DNA of 6,734 nucleotides. It comes from a virus. Below the pieces are notes generated by a model that did no database searches, was not told the DNA's origin, and was given only the letters and a program-made list of their open reading frames with translations. The stretch lies in the UHGV virus genome UHGV-0318484; one strand, written 5' to 3'. Below, in pieces: positions 6,460-6,734 of the stretch (position 1 is the first letter of the stretch; each line of letters begins with the position of its first letter). The position numbers and the translations under genes were made by a program.

Positions 6460-6477
6460 TGTAAGGCGGCCGGAACA
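6460..6477 (+). promoter_or_regulatory. TGT-N12-ACA dyad; candidate activator site of a PLL-type late promoter driving the AlpA/Vis-like gene
   Basis: TGTAAGGCGGCCGGAACA; a -55 site here would put the transcript start near 6523, about 57 nt before the ATG at 6580. Divergent from Psid, as in P4. Confidence 0.4.
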
Positions 6478-6579
6478 AATCCCCCCTGTTGCGTCTGCCA
6501 AAAAGATTCACAAAATAAAGCGCTACCCGAAGCCGGACGGACTTATCCGGTGCTGTATGGACATTAACGAGGTAGCCCG

Positions 6580-6734
6580 ATGCAAGCTGTTTTTTCTTCC
6601 CCGTCTCCCTCCCCTGTGACGCCACTGATGCCGCTGCCGGACATCACGCAGGAGCGTTTTTTACGTCTGCCGGAAGTGATGCACCTGTGCGGCCTGTCAC
6701 GTTCGACCATCTATGAACTCATCCGTAAGGGGGA
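6580..6734 (+). CDS. AlpA-family HTH protein (Vis/excisionase-like regulator), 5' partial; runs off the window end
   Basis: GAGG (6569-6572) 7 nt before ATG at 6580. Translation MQAVFSSPSPSPVTPLMPLPDITQERFLRLPEVMHLCGLSRSTIYELIRKG contains the AlpA-type helix-turn-helix signature. In P4 the vis gene occupies this position. Confidence 0.8.
   Translation, partial: MQAVFSSPSPSPVTPLMPLPDITQERFLRLPEVMHLCGLSRSTIYELIRKG

Noticed and set aside
6407-6625. ORFs 6407-6625(-) and 6431-6619(+)
   Set aside because: They span the promoter/dyad region and are out of frame with the AlpA/Vis-like gene starting at 6580; no ribosome-binding sites.

Overview
This window reads as one arm of a P4-type phage satellite. 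From left to right: two small coupled ORFs of unknown function (502-699, 692-979) and a terminator; a possible att core (987-997, 12-nt identity to the tmRNA 3' end) and a GTATAC-rich palindrome over the int promoter; a P4-family tyrosine integrase (1182-2393, +); a single AT-rich cargo gene encoding a 452-aa SIR2-like protein (2421-3779, +); the exact 19-nt P2/P4 cohesive-end sequence (cos, 3967-3985); the conserved late operon psu-delta-sid on the minus strand (4150-6027); a divergent control region with TGT-N12-ACA activator dyads and a TGTTCACC iteron cluster (6062-6477); and the 5' end of an AlpA/Vis-like gene (6580 to window end). The main finding is the SIR2-like gene: it sits alone in the known P4 defence hotspot between int and cos, with no TIR, HerA, Argonaute or STAND partner and an unassigned C-terminal domain, so it is a candidate single-gene NAD+-depleting anti-phage system. 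All calls rest on reading the sequence and recalled family knowledge; no database search or computation was run.
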